The notes: generated from the sequence alone by a model not told the origin. Positions 25,056-39,883 are shown, counted from the stretch's first letter. The stretch is DNA of 64,000 nt from the human T2T-CHM13v2.0 reference genome, Homo sapiens (GCF_009914755.1 NC_060932.1), one strand, 5' to 3'. Numbers and translations: made by a program.

Positions 25056-27969
25056 TAGTAGAGATAGGGTTTCACCATGTTGGCAGGCTGGTCTCAAACT
25101 TCTGACCTCAAGTGATCTAACTGCCTCGGCCTCCCAAAGTGCTAGAATTACAGGCGTGAGCCACCGCGCTTGGCCCAGTTTTTCACCCATTGAAACACAT
25201 TCAGGGTACAAATTATCCTTCAGTAATGAGAATAGAGCTAAGTACACTGTAGCTGCCCATGGCCATCACATGAACAGAGAGGAAAATTATGTGCTTAGCT
25301 CCCAAATGGTGCCCCAATTTTTTTTTCTTTTTGAGACAGAGCCTCACTCTGTCTCCCAGGCTAGAGTGCAGTGGTGCGAATTTGAATCACTGCAACCTCC
25401 GCCTCCCAGATTCAAGCGATTCTCCTGCCTCACCCTCCTGAGTAACTGGGATTACAGGCGCCCGCCACCACGCCTAACTAATTTTTTGTATTTTAAGTAG
25501 AGACAGGGTTTTGCCGTGTTGGCTAGGCTGGTCTCGAACCCCTGACCTCATGATCCTCTCACCTCGGCCTCCTAAAGTGCTGGGACTACAGGCCTGAGCC
25601 ACTGCTCCTGGCCCAGTGGTGCCCAAATTTTTAAAAAGCCCAACCTAAAGAAACTTCAGAATTCTCACTCTATCAAGTCCCAGGTGTCTGGCCCCACCCA
25701 AGACTTCTCTTCTCCAGCCTTCGCCCACCTCAACTTTATTCTCTACAGTTTGCATTCTCTGGTACCCAACAGGCTGTTATCCTGTGTGAGTTTGCCCACA
25801 CTGCTCTCGAGACTCAGATGTCATATCCCGGCAGGTACCCTCGCAGTTTTCAGAGCAGTGGTGCTAAGGGTCTCTCTGCCATACCAGCCTGCTCACCTAA
25901 AATACACTGCTTACACTGTTTTATGAGGCAGGAGTTATCCTATCTCAGCACCTGGCCCAGGTAGTAGGTTCTTTAGAAACACTGAACTGAGTCACAAGAC
26001 AACGCTAATGACTACAAGTTGATTCATGATTATTTAACTTGTTTTCAGCTGCTGCCAAGTCATATCTGATCAGCTAAACAATATCCAGTTTTCCCTTCTC
26101 GGTGCTCCATCATGGCATTCTACCTAACTGTATGGAAGCACTAGAAATAATACAAGGAAGTTTTTCCCCTGTCCTCTTGACTTCAGGACATTGATTTTCA
26201 AATTTGTGAACACAGACAATTTAGTGCTAATATTTTAATCAAAATTGGCTGGGCATGGTGGCTTATGACTGTAATCCCAGCACTTTGGGAGGCTGAGGTG
26301 GGCAGATCACCTGAGGTTCAGGAGTTAGAGACCTGCCTGGCCAAAATGGTGAAACCCCGTGTCTACTAAAAATGCAAAAATTAGCCGGGCATGGAGTCCT
26401 AGCTACTCAGGAGGCTGAGGCAGGAGGATCACTTGAACCTGGGAGGTGGGGGTTGCAGTGAGCCAAGATCGCAACACCACACTCCACCCTGCGTGACATA
26501 GTAAGACTGTCTCAAAAAAAAAAGAATAAAATTCAATCAGAATTATGCTAATCTGATGAATTCAACACCAATAAATTTTCCTTAAGAGGAAGGGGAGACG
26601 GTTGAGGCAGGAAAGTTGAAGCCAACCTACTGATCATACTTTCCCCATCTGATCCCAGCAATGCATCTACCATGAGGCTGCAGCAGGAGCTGGAGGGAAG
26701 GCTCTGTGTTTTGCTTAGGAAACACATTTTATTTCCCACATTAAAGCAAGCTGAGGGTTGCTGGGAGATGATGCGGTACCCCCAACAAAGAAAGGATCAG
26801 GCTCAATAGGGTTGGCAGCAGCAAGCTGGAGCTGGTGGCTTCAAGGAAGAGCAGGGGTTACCTCTCAGTGAGGGAAAAATAGGTGGTAAGAACAGGTGTA
26901 CCCTTGGGCAAAGAACTCCATCAAGACAGGTATCAACAACTGCACCAGGACTGCCAGGTGCCCCAGCTGCACCTCGGGACTGCCCAGCATGAGCACACAC
27001 TGTGCTGACAGCCTCCATGGTGCAACAACAGGGGTGAGAAGGCATCGCACCTACCTGTGGGGCCTGGAACCTCTGGGTGTATGGGCATCTCCTGCTTACC
27101 TATGACACCAGAACAGTATACTTATTCAGCAAACGCTCTTGTTCAACACATAGGGGCAGTATAGGCCCAGCTGCTCCATGCTTATTATGGTCACGAAAAT
27201 CATTCCCAACATTTTTACTTTTTTTTTGAGAGAGAGTCTCACTGTGGCTGAGGCTGGAGTGCAGTGGTGCAATCTTGGCTCAGTGCAACCTCCGCCTCTC
27301 AGGTTCAAGTGATTCTTGTGCCTCAGCCTCCAAAGTAGCTGGGGTTACAGGGGTGCGCCACCATGCCCAGCTAATTTTCCTATTTTTAGTAGAGACATGG
27401 TTTTGCCATGTTGGCTAGGCTGGTCTCAAACTCCTGATCTCAAGTGATCTGCCTGCCTCGGCCTCCCCAAGTGCTGGTATTACAGGCCATTCCCAACACT
27501 CTTAATGCACTTTGCATGCCCCCTGCTGACTCAGTGCTTCCTTGGGACATGGACAGAACAAAGCTGGAGGGCATGGATGCAAGGTCTGAGTGCACATAGG
27601 ACCATAAAGCATCACCATGCAACATTGCTAGAGGTGGCAGCAATTGTCAGCAATTGCAGCTACTAGCTAAGAAAAAATAAGAGGCCTGGGCTCAGTGGCT
27701 CACCCCTGTAATCCTAACACTTTGGGAGGCTGAGGTGGGCAGATCACTTGAGCCCAGGCATTTGAGGCCAGCCTGGGCAACATAGTGAGACCCCATCTTT
27801 ACAAAAAATACAAAACCCAGCTGGGCATGGTGGTGTGTGCCTGTGGTCCTAGCTGCTTGGAGGTTGAGGTGGGAGGATTGCTTGAGCCCAGGAGTTTGAG
27901 GCCACAGTGAACCATGATTGTGCCACTGCACTCCAGTGACACTGGGTGACAGAGTGAAATCTTGCCTCA

Positions 27970-28194
<225 letters not shown>

Positions 28195-29019
28195 TCACTT
28201 GAAGCCAGGAGGTGGAGGTTGCAGTGAGCCAGAATTGCACCACTGCTCTCCAGAGACTCTGTCACCACAAAACAAACAAAAAAAGAGAGATCAGAGCCTC
28301 TATGGTAGCAACCTCTATGGTATAACTAAAAGGTAGACCTTTTTAGTTGTGACTAGTTGTGTTAAGGGCACTGACAATTGCTTAAATTACAAGTAGAATT
28401 CTTAGTTTCAAGTCTTAGTCGACGGAATGCTGTGATTGAAAATACCAACTTCCTTTAAAAATATGCTAGAAATCAGACGGAGCCTGGTTTAGCAAGGTCT
28501 TAATGTACCTTGTGTTAATCCTAACATATATTGTTCAGGTAATAACCTAAGATCGATTTTTGTTCCTAAGGATTAGGAACTTTTAGGCTGAGCGCAGTGG
28601 CTCACATCTGTAATCCTAGCACTCTGGTGGCTGAGGTGGGAGGATTGCTTGAGCCAAGGAGTTAAAGACCAGCCTGGGCAACATAGGGAGATCTAGTCTC
28701 TACAAAAAATTTTAGAAAATTAGCCAGGCACACGCCTGTGGTCCCAGCTATTCGGGAGGTTAGGTGGGAGAATCACTTGAGCCGGGGAGGTTGCAGTGAT
28801 CTGTGATCATGCCACTATGCTCCAGCCTTGATGACAGAGTGAGACCCTGCCTCAGAAAGATAAAAGTAAAGACATTTAAAAAGGATCAGGAACGTGTGTG
28901 TGTGTGTATGCGTGTGTGTTTGATTTGGGTATGGAAAAGTGAGAAGAGGCAGTTTGAGAACTTTTTTCCCTCTACTGGCAGAAAAGGGCCAGGCAGCCAC
29001 AACCACAAGCAAAAGTAGG

Positions 29020-30015
29020 TTAGAGAAACTTGTTATTAAATTTATTTTTCTTTAAATATGTAACTTTCTCCCACCCTCACCCACTCCAGGGAGGAACAGA
29101 AAATCCCCACCCCCTTCCATTCTGGAGATTTCGTATCTAAAGCCTGAGAGGCGAGGATGAAGTATAAAAATACTATTTACAAAGGGAAGGAGGTATCTGT
29201 TGCTTAACCGTAGACACCCCCATCCCCACACCCCTTTTGATCAAAAAAAAAAAAAAAAAAAAAAAAAAAGGCCCCTGGGAATCAATTTAAGTATAGAACT
29301 AGCCCTCCTCTAGAGGGGCCCACAAACCTCAACATGGAATAGGAAGCTCCGAGATTAACTGAGGAAGAGACTGAATGGATAGCACCGTGGGTCCTGGCAG
29401 GGGAAGGGCCCTCTCTTACTCTGGAGTCAGCTGGCGCCCGCCAGCCTTTGTTTCCATAGGTCCCATGTAAACACTGACATTTTCCTTTATGTCCCTGCTC
29501 TTCTGTTTCATACAGAGCCTCCCTCGCCTCCCGTGGAGGCGCTTGGTTCCTTGATCTTTCCTTCCTTCCCTTCTAACCTTACTCCGGAAGGAGTGGGAAG
29601 GGGAGGGAAGGTTGTAGAGAGGTAAGAGCCCGTCTCATCCCTTCTGGGTCAAGGCAGCTCATCCTCCTAATGGGAGCCTTGAAAGAGGACTTTCTCCATG
29701 TTCTTGATCGGGGTGGACACCTTCCCCCAGAACAGGGACAAGGCAGGTAGATAGTCCAGTACCAGGAGACAGTGGTCTTGATGGGTGAGGCCACCAGCAT
29801 GGAGTAGCAGGGAAGAAGGCTTCAGGAGGCAGGAAGTGGGGGCACATCTGGCACTGGTCTTGCACTGAGGGTAGAAGCCCAGTCCTAGACCACCCTTCTC
29901 ATCACTGGGAAAGTGATCGTCATCACCCTACAGTCCTGTTGGTTGGAGCTGTGCAGAGGGACCAGACATCCATGAGGCAAGAGGTCTTCTCCAGGTCTCG
30001 GTGTAGCGGCAGCAC
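29020..30015 (-). other. RNF122: RNF122 3' UTR (~1 kb)
   Basis: Repeat-free sequence between the stop codon and the minus-strand AATAAA. The 3' end is inferred about 20 nt past the hexamer. Confidence 0.8.
29041..29046 (-). terminator. RNF122 polyadenylation signal AATAAA
   Basis: Plus-strand tttatt at 29041-29046, followed on the minus strand by T-rich and GT-rich sequence (TTTCTC, CTTTTGCTTGTGGTTGTGG). Confidence 0.8.
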
Positions 30016-30130
30016 TCACACCAGCTCATCCAATAGAATCCCAATGTTCTGCGTGGCCTCTGAGGGACTAGCAATGGGCTTGTTACACATGGGGCAGACA
30101 CAGCGAACTTCCAGCCATTTCACCAGACAC
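30016..30130 (-). CDS. RNF122: RNF122 coding exon 6 (second half of RING-H2 and stop)
   Basis: Acceptor cctcatttgttctcAG. Encodes CLVKWLEVRCVCPMCNKPIASPSEATQNIGILLDELV then TGA at 30018-30016. Exon lengths 25+157+46+42+83+115 = 468 nt = 155 aa plus stop, with a complete C3H2C3 RING-H2. Confidence 0.96.
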
Positions 30131-30194
30131 CTGAGAACAAATGAGGAATGGTAATCTCTAACCAGACAGACCACGCTGCTCCAGTTGTCTCTCA

Positions 30195-30505
<311 letters not shown>

Positions 30506-30672
30506 CTACCCCTGTCCCAACCTAATCCCTCTGGGCTTTGCTCGGTGTTCACGTAGGACCTGGGGCATCACGGATAAGGGGCAAATAGAAAGTGGCAGAG
30601 ACTGGAAGTTTCCAGAAGATGCTCCCTGATTATTTCTCCTTCGACGGGCACCCTGGACACATTCCCACGTAC

Positions 30673-30755
30673 TTGCGGTGAAAGGCGTGTTGGCACGGGA
30701 GCACGCCTAACTCATCCTTCCCCTTGAAGTCTTCCAGACAGACTGCGCAGGTCTG
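30673..30755 (-). CDS. RNF122: RNF122 coding exon 5 (first half of RING-H2)
   Basis: Acceptor cttttctctctgcAG and donor AA|GTACGT. Encodes [27 protein letters not shown](K). Confidence 0.96.
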
Positions 30756-30884
30756 CTGCAGAGAGAAAAGAGCAGGTGTGTGAGGAACTGGGGAACCATC
30801 TCACTCATTCAACCCCAGACAAGAAAACTAAGCTCTAGCCTAGTCTGTTCTACCAGGCAGAGAAACTTTTTAGCCATCCTTTAC

Positions 30885-31097
30885 AAAACTATATTGATGG
30901 CATGGTAGTCATTAACCATATGTGGCTGTTTAAATTTAAATTAACCAAAATTAGATGAAATTATAAATTCAGTCCCTAGTTACACTCACCACATTTCAAG
31001 TGCTCAACAGCCACATGGTTTCCATATTGAATGGCATGGATATAGAACATTCCTATTATCACAGAAGTTTCCACTGCACTGGAAAGTACTGTCCTAG
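30885..31097. mobile_element. MER33-like hAT MITE in RNF122 intron 4
   Basis: CATATGTGGCTGTTTAAATTTAAATTAA..AAATTCAGT..CACATTTCAAGTGCTCAACAGCCACATG..ATAGAACATT. Confidence 0.7.
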
Positions 31098-31172
31098 AAG
31101 AATGGTTTTCAATCCTTTCTTGCCCAATACATTTGGTGATGTGGTACTTAATACCAACTAGAGGTAGGATGA

Positions 31173-31508
<336 letters not shown>

Positions 31509-32306
31509 TAAATCCAGACTTCCCACATCCCTACATATTAACTCCCTTGATCTCAGTTGAATTATTCTCTGAGAGAAAGGCTTGGGAAACATCAGCACTT
31601 GCAGAGGTGTAATAGACAAAATGAGGCCACGTCTAGGCAGTCTCATGTTTAGTGGAACTGTGATCCGCTCTGCTCCCAGACAACCACAAACATGCTCTGA
31701 GTAGGAGTGTCTGTGGTCATGAACAGGAGCCTTGGGAAATGGGTTAGGTGACCTTAGAGGCATAGGTAGGAAAGGAATAGGATATGACTAATTCCTCAAG
31801 TCAGAGTTGAGGGGACTCAAGGAACTGGTGTATGGGTGGGAGTGGGGTGGGAGAGAAATGGCAGAGCCACAGGAATGAACACACTAGTCAGATCTAGTCT
31901 GTTAAGATGGGGTATATACAAAAGTAAAAGGACCTCATTTCCTATGATAACAACCAGGATGTAGGGGCTGAACATAGGGAAAGTTAGCTGAATTCTGTCT
32001 ATGGCATGAAAGGGTACGACCATCCTCCTGGTAAAAATTATGTATTGTGGGACTCCTGGGGCTGTGGGGCACTACTTATCTAAACCCTTCTGTGATCCCT
32101 TCATGTCTTCTGCCTGAGGCTGTTCCAGGTGTAATCAATTCCACATATTAATTACTTGCTGAGATGTGTCTCCATTATTTGGCCAAAGGAGATATGAAGG
32201 CATGGACTAAGCAGTTTTCTGAAAAGCGTCCAGGCAGAGAACTGGAGCAAGGTGCTGTCTGCCTCACCTGCTGGGGCCCTCCTGCACACTTTCCTGGCAC
32301 ACTTAC

Positions 32307-32348
32307 CCCATATAATTGTAACTTCTTGGCATCACCTTTAAGCACCAC
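32307..32348 (-). CDS. RNF122: RNF122 coding exon 4 (42 nt)
   Basis: Acceptor cctctttcttttcAG and donor GGG|GTAAGT. Encodes VVLKGDAKKLQLYG. Confidence 0.94.
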
Positions 32349-32606
32349 CTGAAAAGAAAGAGGAGGCATGATGTCCAAAGAAGAACCAACCACTGGGGCC
32401 AGCCAGGTAGTATCAACCAATGAAGGGAGTCCCCTGGACTGCCTGGGGCAAGCCGGACTTCAGACACTGAAGGGGTTTAGCCTCAGGGAGACCCAGAGGT
32501 GAGGCCAGGGGGATTCCTGCCCAGGAGAACCTGAGCCTGCCCTCCTTGCCTCTTCCTATCAGGTCAGGCAGAGAAGGAAGCTTCTGGGAAACACGCAGCA
32601 CTTTAC

Positions 32607-32652
32607 CTCCTTATATCCGTATCGCTCACTCTGTGCCTGGTTCCGCAGTTTG
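32607..32652 (-). CDS. RNF122: RNF122 coding exon 3 (46 nt)
   Basis: Acceptor ttttctctttctcccAG and donor GAG|GTAAAG. Encodes (S)KLRNQAQSERYGYKE. Confidence 0.94.
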
Positions 32653-33453
32653 CTGGGAGAAAGAGAAAAAAATTAGAGAAAGCAGGTTAAATGGAACAAT
32701 TCAAAGCAGGAGAGGCTGGCTGGCTGCTTGGGCATTCTTCCGAGGGCAGGGAGGGGTGCTTGTCCCATACACACCACAGGGCATACTTTGGACCTATGCA
32801 AGCCAACAAGGGTTGATAAAGGACTAAGACTGTTACTCGGGTTTGACAGCCTCAAAATTCACCACCAGGTCTCATACACAGATTGGGGGACCCTCCAGCA
32901 CAGCATCCCCAAATAGCTCATTCACTCACCCTGCCTTTTTCTGGTCGGCAAATTCCTTCAGTCACCAAACTACATAGAAATCAACACTGTGTTTACTGAG
33001 TGTGCGGAAGTTAGACAGATATGCATAAAAGGGTTATTTCTGTTAAGCCAGGATAGCAGAATAAGTCTCTGTTGACCCTGGGGAATTTTCCACCCGGAGA
33101 ACATAAGTATTCTGGAACCAAAGCACACTCTTCCCTTCACTGTGCCGGACAACACAGACGATGCCTCCTTTGTTTTCTTCTTTTCATTTTAAGCTGGTGG
33201 CCTGCAAACGGGCTGACTCTCAATGGCCAAAACATGGCATGCCGTTACTAATGGCAATAGCATAATATAATGGTTATGAAGTACTTGCTATATGTCGCTG
33301 GGACACTTAACATATTCATATATGTTCTTAATGATTCCAAACTCCAAGAGTGAGATACCTTCGCTTTTACAGATAAGAAAAATAAAGCCTGGCTGGGTGC
33401 GGTGGCTCATGCCTGTAATCCCAGCACTTTGGGAGGCCGAGGCAGGTGGATCA

Positions 33454-33660
<207 letters not shown>

Positions 33661-36485
33661 TCATAAAAATAAAAAAAGAAAAAGAAAAAGAAAAATGAAG
33701 CTCAAAGAAGTGAATTTATTTGCCTAAACATCACAGAGCTAATTGGTAGCAGAGTCTAGATTTGAATCAAAGTTGGTGTGATGACAGAGTCCAAGCTCTT
33801 TACCATATAATGTGGTCTGTTTCCCTAATCAGGTGGAATACATCATAGTCCTGAGAATATGATCTGGTCTTGGGACACACCCTACCTTTTATTAAGTTTA
33901 CAACTCTGAATGGCTTGCTGTGCAAATGGCCGAGACCATAATTATACACTGGATTTTTTGCCGTATTATTTTCAAGGAAGGGATGGAGGATCTTACATGC
34001 TGAACTCTGCAGGTAGCTTTAGAATGCCTCCTGTATGTGGGTTGGGTGGGATGGCTCATGCCTGTAATCCCAGCATTTTGGGAGGCCGAGGTGGGCAGAT
34101 TGCTTGAGCTCAGGAGTTTGAGACCAGCCTGGGCAACATGGCAGAACCCCATCTCTACAAAATGTACAAAAATTCACAGGACAATTCACACGGCATGGTG
34201 GCATGCACCTGTAATCCCAGCTACTCAGAAGGCTGAGGCATAAGCATCGCTTGAACCCAGGAGACGAAGGTTGCAGTTAGCAGAGATCGCACCACTGCAC
34301 TCCAGCCTGGGTGACAGAGCAAGACCCTGTCTCAAAAAAAAAAAAAAAAAAAAAGAATGCCTCCTCTATGTGTGCTATGGGGGAACCTTATGGAGCTTTT
34401 CCTGGTGATCACTTCTAAACACAGTCCTGGGTTATTTGGAAGGAAACATAGAAACCCAGCAAGCCAGGAGAAGCAGGAAACTTTAGTCTGAGGACCAAAT
34501 CCAGCTCACTACTTGTTTTTGCAGGGTCTAGAGGCTAAGAGTGGTATTTATTCTTAAATGGTTGAAAACAGAAATAAAGAATAATGCCAACTCAGGTGGA
34601 TTGCTTGAGGCCAGGAGTTTGAGACCAGCCTGGGTGACACAGTGAGAACTTGTCTCTTCAAAAATAAATAAACAAAAGAAAATTAGCCAGGTATGATGGT
34701 GCATGTCTGTAGTCCTGGCTACTTGGGGGGTCTGAGGCAGAAGGGTCCCTTGAGCCCAAGAGTTCAGAGGTTACAATGAGCTAGGATTGCCCCCACTGCA
34801 CTCCAGGCTGAACAACTGAGTGAGACTCTGGCAAAAAAATTTTTTTTAAATAAATAATTAAAATAAATAAACAAATGAGTGGATAGATGGATGACTGACC
34901 CAAGTCAATAAAAGGAAGGCTCCAATCACAAACAGCCCCAGTGGAAGGGGGTGGGGTGAGAAGCTGAAGCTGCTCCCTGGGTAATGGAAGAGGCAGAAGA
35001 TGGGGGCACAGCCAGGCCCGTAGCACAGTGCAGGGCAGATAAGATCAGGCTGCCAGCCTCCTCCATTGTTCCTGATAGGAAGTCAGGTGTCCTGGCGAGG
35101 TTCATGTTCCTGGAGCCTCTTGAGAGCTCCAGTCCAAGTGGACTCATGCCACGGGCTTGGGCACTGGGGCAGCCCATCCACCGTCCCCTCCCCTCCCACC
35201 TCTCCCCACAATATCCTTTCTGCTTAAGGCAGGGCTGGGCTAAAGGCCTAACCAAGGCTCCCACTGTCTCATCCTTCACTTTGCAGAGAGCTCCTTGGTC
35301 CAGAAAAGGTCTTTGTACATACACATGTGTCTCTGTTCCAATTTCCAAATGAGCAGGGCAGGACATACCCAACGCTTAGGTGGCTACTGTTGCTTGACTG
35401 ACACTGGGTTCAGCAGAGGTGGGAAGGAAGTGTTCCCAGGGACAGGGAGCTCACAGCGGCCTTGAGGGAGAAAGACACTGTTGCTCTGTTATGAGGCACG
35501 TGCAGAGTAAATAAGGAAGTGGTGAAAAGCCTGTGTTTTTAACTGTCTGGGGAATGAGTGATTGCTATGCATCTTTGAGGCACCAATGTCTCACCTGCAA
35601 TGTGGCTATACTTATGTAGCAGATGCTGTCTTTTTCTGTTTTCTGTACCCCAGGCACCTAGAGTACCACTTCCCCACCCATCATGCCTCTTGTCTGGCTG
35701 GATCCTTTAGTGGTTTTGCCCAGGGATCCTCCAAAACTCAGAACAGGGAGGGGCATCAGAGCTGCCCCCTCATCCTGCATACAGATTTCAGCTCAGAAAG
35801 GATGAGATCATGATGAAATGTGGCCGAAAAGCTTGCAAGGAAACCAGAGCAAAAAGCAAAAACCCTGGGCAATCCCAGCTGGGGACCTAGTACCAACCAG
35901 TCTGGACAGGTGGCCTTCTCAGCTGTTGGGTGAACACAGCAACTAAAAATACCCTGATTTCAATGAGACCATTTCTAGCCGCTGCCAGTGGGCTCTCCCT
36001 TTCCTCTTTTCCCTTTTAGAACAAACAATGCAGCCAGGTCCTGAAAATAATGTTTCCCTTCCTGCCTATTTGTACTTCCCCGGCCCCTCCATTCCTGTGT
36101 AGGGCAGAGGTCAGCTCTGAGAGAGGGGGAAGAATGAGCGAGGGGCTGGCCTTGGCCGCTGAGCTCACCAGGTCAGAAGTGGGGCCTATTTTGGCTGAGG
36201 AGGAAACCGAGAAGCAGGGAGAGGAAGTGGTGGCTTCTGCGCCTGTGTGTCTTTCTATATATAGACATTCACAGGCTACCATGTACCAGTGGGCCTCTGA
36301 GACTGTGAAACTCCAGGGTCAGCAGGCTTCAGGCAGGCTACAGACCAGGGCAGGGTGACGAAGGAGATTACTAAAGGAACAGGTGGTGCTCAGTAGCACC
36401 ACAGTGGGGTCAGCTTTTAGCATCATGTGGTTACTGTTCTGTTTTTTGTGTTTTTTTGGGTTTTTTTTTGTTTGTTTGTTTTTGA

Positions 36486-36779
<294 letters not shown>

Positions 36780-39700
36780 TGACCACAGCCAAAGAAAAAG
36801 AAATCAGCAATTCACAGCTCTCAAACCTGTCCTTCTGCAAGAACAGATCCTGACCTGCAAGGGGGTGGTTGTGGAGCCTATAGCGGCTCCTCTACTTCAA
36901 GGAATATGACTCAAAAGGCAAACACTTGGAAGGACTCGGCAAGACCCTAGCTCATTGCTACCAGACTTGTCCACCTCTGTATCTTCCTCTATGTATCACC
37001 TTGGGCAGATCCTGAACAGTCTGAGCATGAAATTCCTCATTTATAAAGTGGGTCAATACCTATACTAAGGATTAAGCGAGCTAAATGTTTTTTCAAATGC
37101 TGACCACAATGCCTGGCCTATGGAAAGCCCTTGGTAAAGAGTGGCTAAAGGCCGGGCACGGTGGCTCATGCCTGTAATCCCAGCACTTTGGGAGGCTGAG
37201 GCAGGCAGATGGCTTGAACTCAGGAGTTTGAGACCACCTTGGGTGACATGGTGAAACCTCATCGCTACAAAAAATATAAAAATTATCCACAAAAAATTAA
37301 AAAATTAGTTGGGCATGGTGGCACACACCTGTACTCGGGAGACTGAGTTGGGAGGATGGCTTGGGCCCGGGAGGTGGAGGTTGCAGTGGGCCGAGATCTT
37401 ACAACTGCACTCCAGCCTGGGCAACAGAGCAAGACCCTGTCTCAAAAAAAAAAAAAAAAAAAAAAAAAGAAAACCTAAGGTCACACCTATTATTGGTTGA
37501 TTTACGAAATGAACTCTGGTCACCCACTTCCTAGCCTAGAGTAGTTTTCTCTAAGTCATTTTTGTAGAGATGGAGTTTTGTTCCCAAGGCTGGTTTCAAA
37601 CTCTTGGACTCAAGCGACTCTCCTGCCTTGACCTCCCAAAGTGCTACAATTACAGGCAAGGGCCATGGTGCCCGGCCTAGATGGTCTCTTGAAGCCCTTT
37701 GCCGCTTGGCATGTGTATGCTTCTGTGTGTGTGTGGTGGGCAGGGGGAGCAGGGAGGAAAGGGACCAAGGAGAGTTGGTTTTACAAACCCCTCTCAGCCT
37801 CATCATAAAGAAATCTTTGGTATTTGGTGTATCTTCATCCCTGTCTCCAGGATTTAAGTGTGAATTGCTTAACACGGGTGTGCGGGAGTGGGCAGGTTGG
37901 TGGTCAGGAAGAATTCAAGGAAAAAAACAGGCTTCAGGAAAGGGGAGGAGACAGGAAGAGAGGAGAGATACCAGAAATCTACCCTCATCTCCGCTTAATG
38001 GTTAGATGCAATCTTCAGACCCAACTGTACAAGAGGGAAGATAAACCAGTATCTCCTCTGCATAGATTTTTATGTGGAAAATTCTAGTTTCAGGGACCTG
38101 TGTGAAAAGTTCTGAGAAAGAACAGGTCCAAGGTAGCACCTGGGAGTGGTGGGGAGATGTGCCTGAGGGCACTTCCCCTTCTTAGAGGGAGCTCTTCCAG
38201 CCTTGGAGAAGATGGACTAGTACCTGCCTCTCTTGTAGCCGCCTTCTAGCAAAGCACTCAAACCCAGAAGGGCATCTTAGGAATAAAGCCAGCAAAGCCT
38301 TTTCCTTAATCTTAATTTAATCTTCTTAAATTATTTGATCAGTCACCAGCCCAGACCACAGCTGATGTCTACCCAAGCATTTGGTAATGTGTGGGTGGCG
38401 GGGGAGACAGCTAATGGCCACAATGGCCCTAAAGACTACTAGTATGCCCTATTGGCCAGGGATGTTCAATATTCTCCAATGTACAGAACAGTCCCATACA
38501 ATGAGGAATTGTCAATGCCAACAGTAAACCCCAGTCAGAAACACTACTACTTTGATTCCCATTCTAAATACCAGTCATGCTCAAAATTTTTTATAGAAAA
38601 CAGCCACCAGAGGCCGAGCACGAGGGCTCATGCCTGTAATCCCAGCACTTTGGGAGGCCGAGGGGGGTGGATGACTTGAGGTCAGGAGTTCGAGACCTGC
38701 CTGGCCAATGTGGCAAAACCCCGTCTCTACTAAAAATACAAAAATAAAAATTAGCTAGGCATGCACCCATAATTCCAGCTATTAGGGAGGCTGAGGCAGG
38801 ACAATCGCTTTAACCTAGGAGGCAGGGGTTGCAGTGAGCCAAGGCTGTGCCACTGCACTCCAGCCTGGGTGATGAAGTGAGACACCGTCTCAAAAAAAAA
38901 AAAAGAAAGAAAGAAAAAGTAAAAAGAAAACAGCCACCAGTCCCCATGTCCTTCAACAAGAGATAAGAGAAAGCGTTCCTGGAGTGTGGCGAGCCCTGCC
39001 AAACTCCAGGTCTTCTCTTGGATCCCTAAGCAATCAAGAATAAATGACAGTTTTTTAGGTTTGTTTTGGTTTTGGTTTTTTCCACTCTCAAAAATAAGAG
39101 CTTATAAGGCGGAATAAACAAGTAGCTCCGCCCGGGTGTGGTGACTCATGCCTGCAATCCTAGCATTTTGGGAAGCTGAGGTGGGTGGATCACTTGAGCT
39201 CAGGAGTTCGAGACCATCCTGGTCAACATGGTGAAACCCCATCTCTACTAAAAATACAAAAACTAGCCAGGCGTGGTGGCGTGCGCCTATAATCCCAGCT
39301 ACTTGGGAGACTGAGGCAGGAGAATTGCTTGAACCCAGGAGGTGGAAGTTGCAGTAAGCTGAGATTGCACTCCAGCCTGAGCATCTCAAAAAAACAAAAC
39401 AAAACAAAAACCAAGTAGCTCTCTAGACACCGGCTTGCTTCCTAATATTAGTATCTGGAGGGCTGACAACAGGTCCCAGGAGGGCAAAGGAACATGACGC
39501 TGGCATAACTGATGCCCACCTGTTCCCGACCACCCAAAGGGCATGAGTAGGAATAGAGACAGACAGACAAGGAAGGGACCACTAACTTTATTACTCAGTC
39601 ACACAGTAATTCTAGGCAACCTTAGAATAATTGGCGAGGAGGTGGGATGCAGCCCAACCCGTGGTGACCTTATATGCTCAGGAACAACTTGATAGGCTAA

Positions 39701-39883
39701 TGTAAATAGAAACACCAGATCCTCAGGGGCCTAGAGAAGGGCAGGCTCAGCCGTGTCCTCAAAGTGGTGGCTCCAGTATAAGACTGGTGACTCTGCTGTG
39801 GGACCCTCGCTCAGCTTACCCCACAACCCTGGTCTCCTCCCTCCTGCTGGACTCCCACCCCGGTCAGCCAGGGATCCACGCAC

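Noticed and set aside
26520-27130. Unique sequence with short Cys-rich ORFs downstream of RNF122
   Set aside because: No recognisable homology or convincing exon structure.
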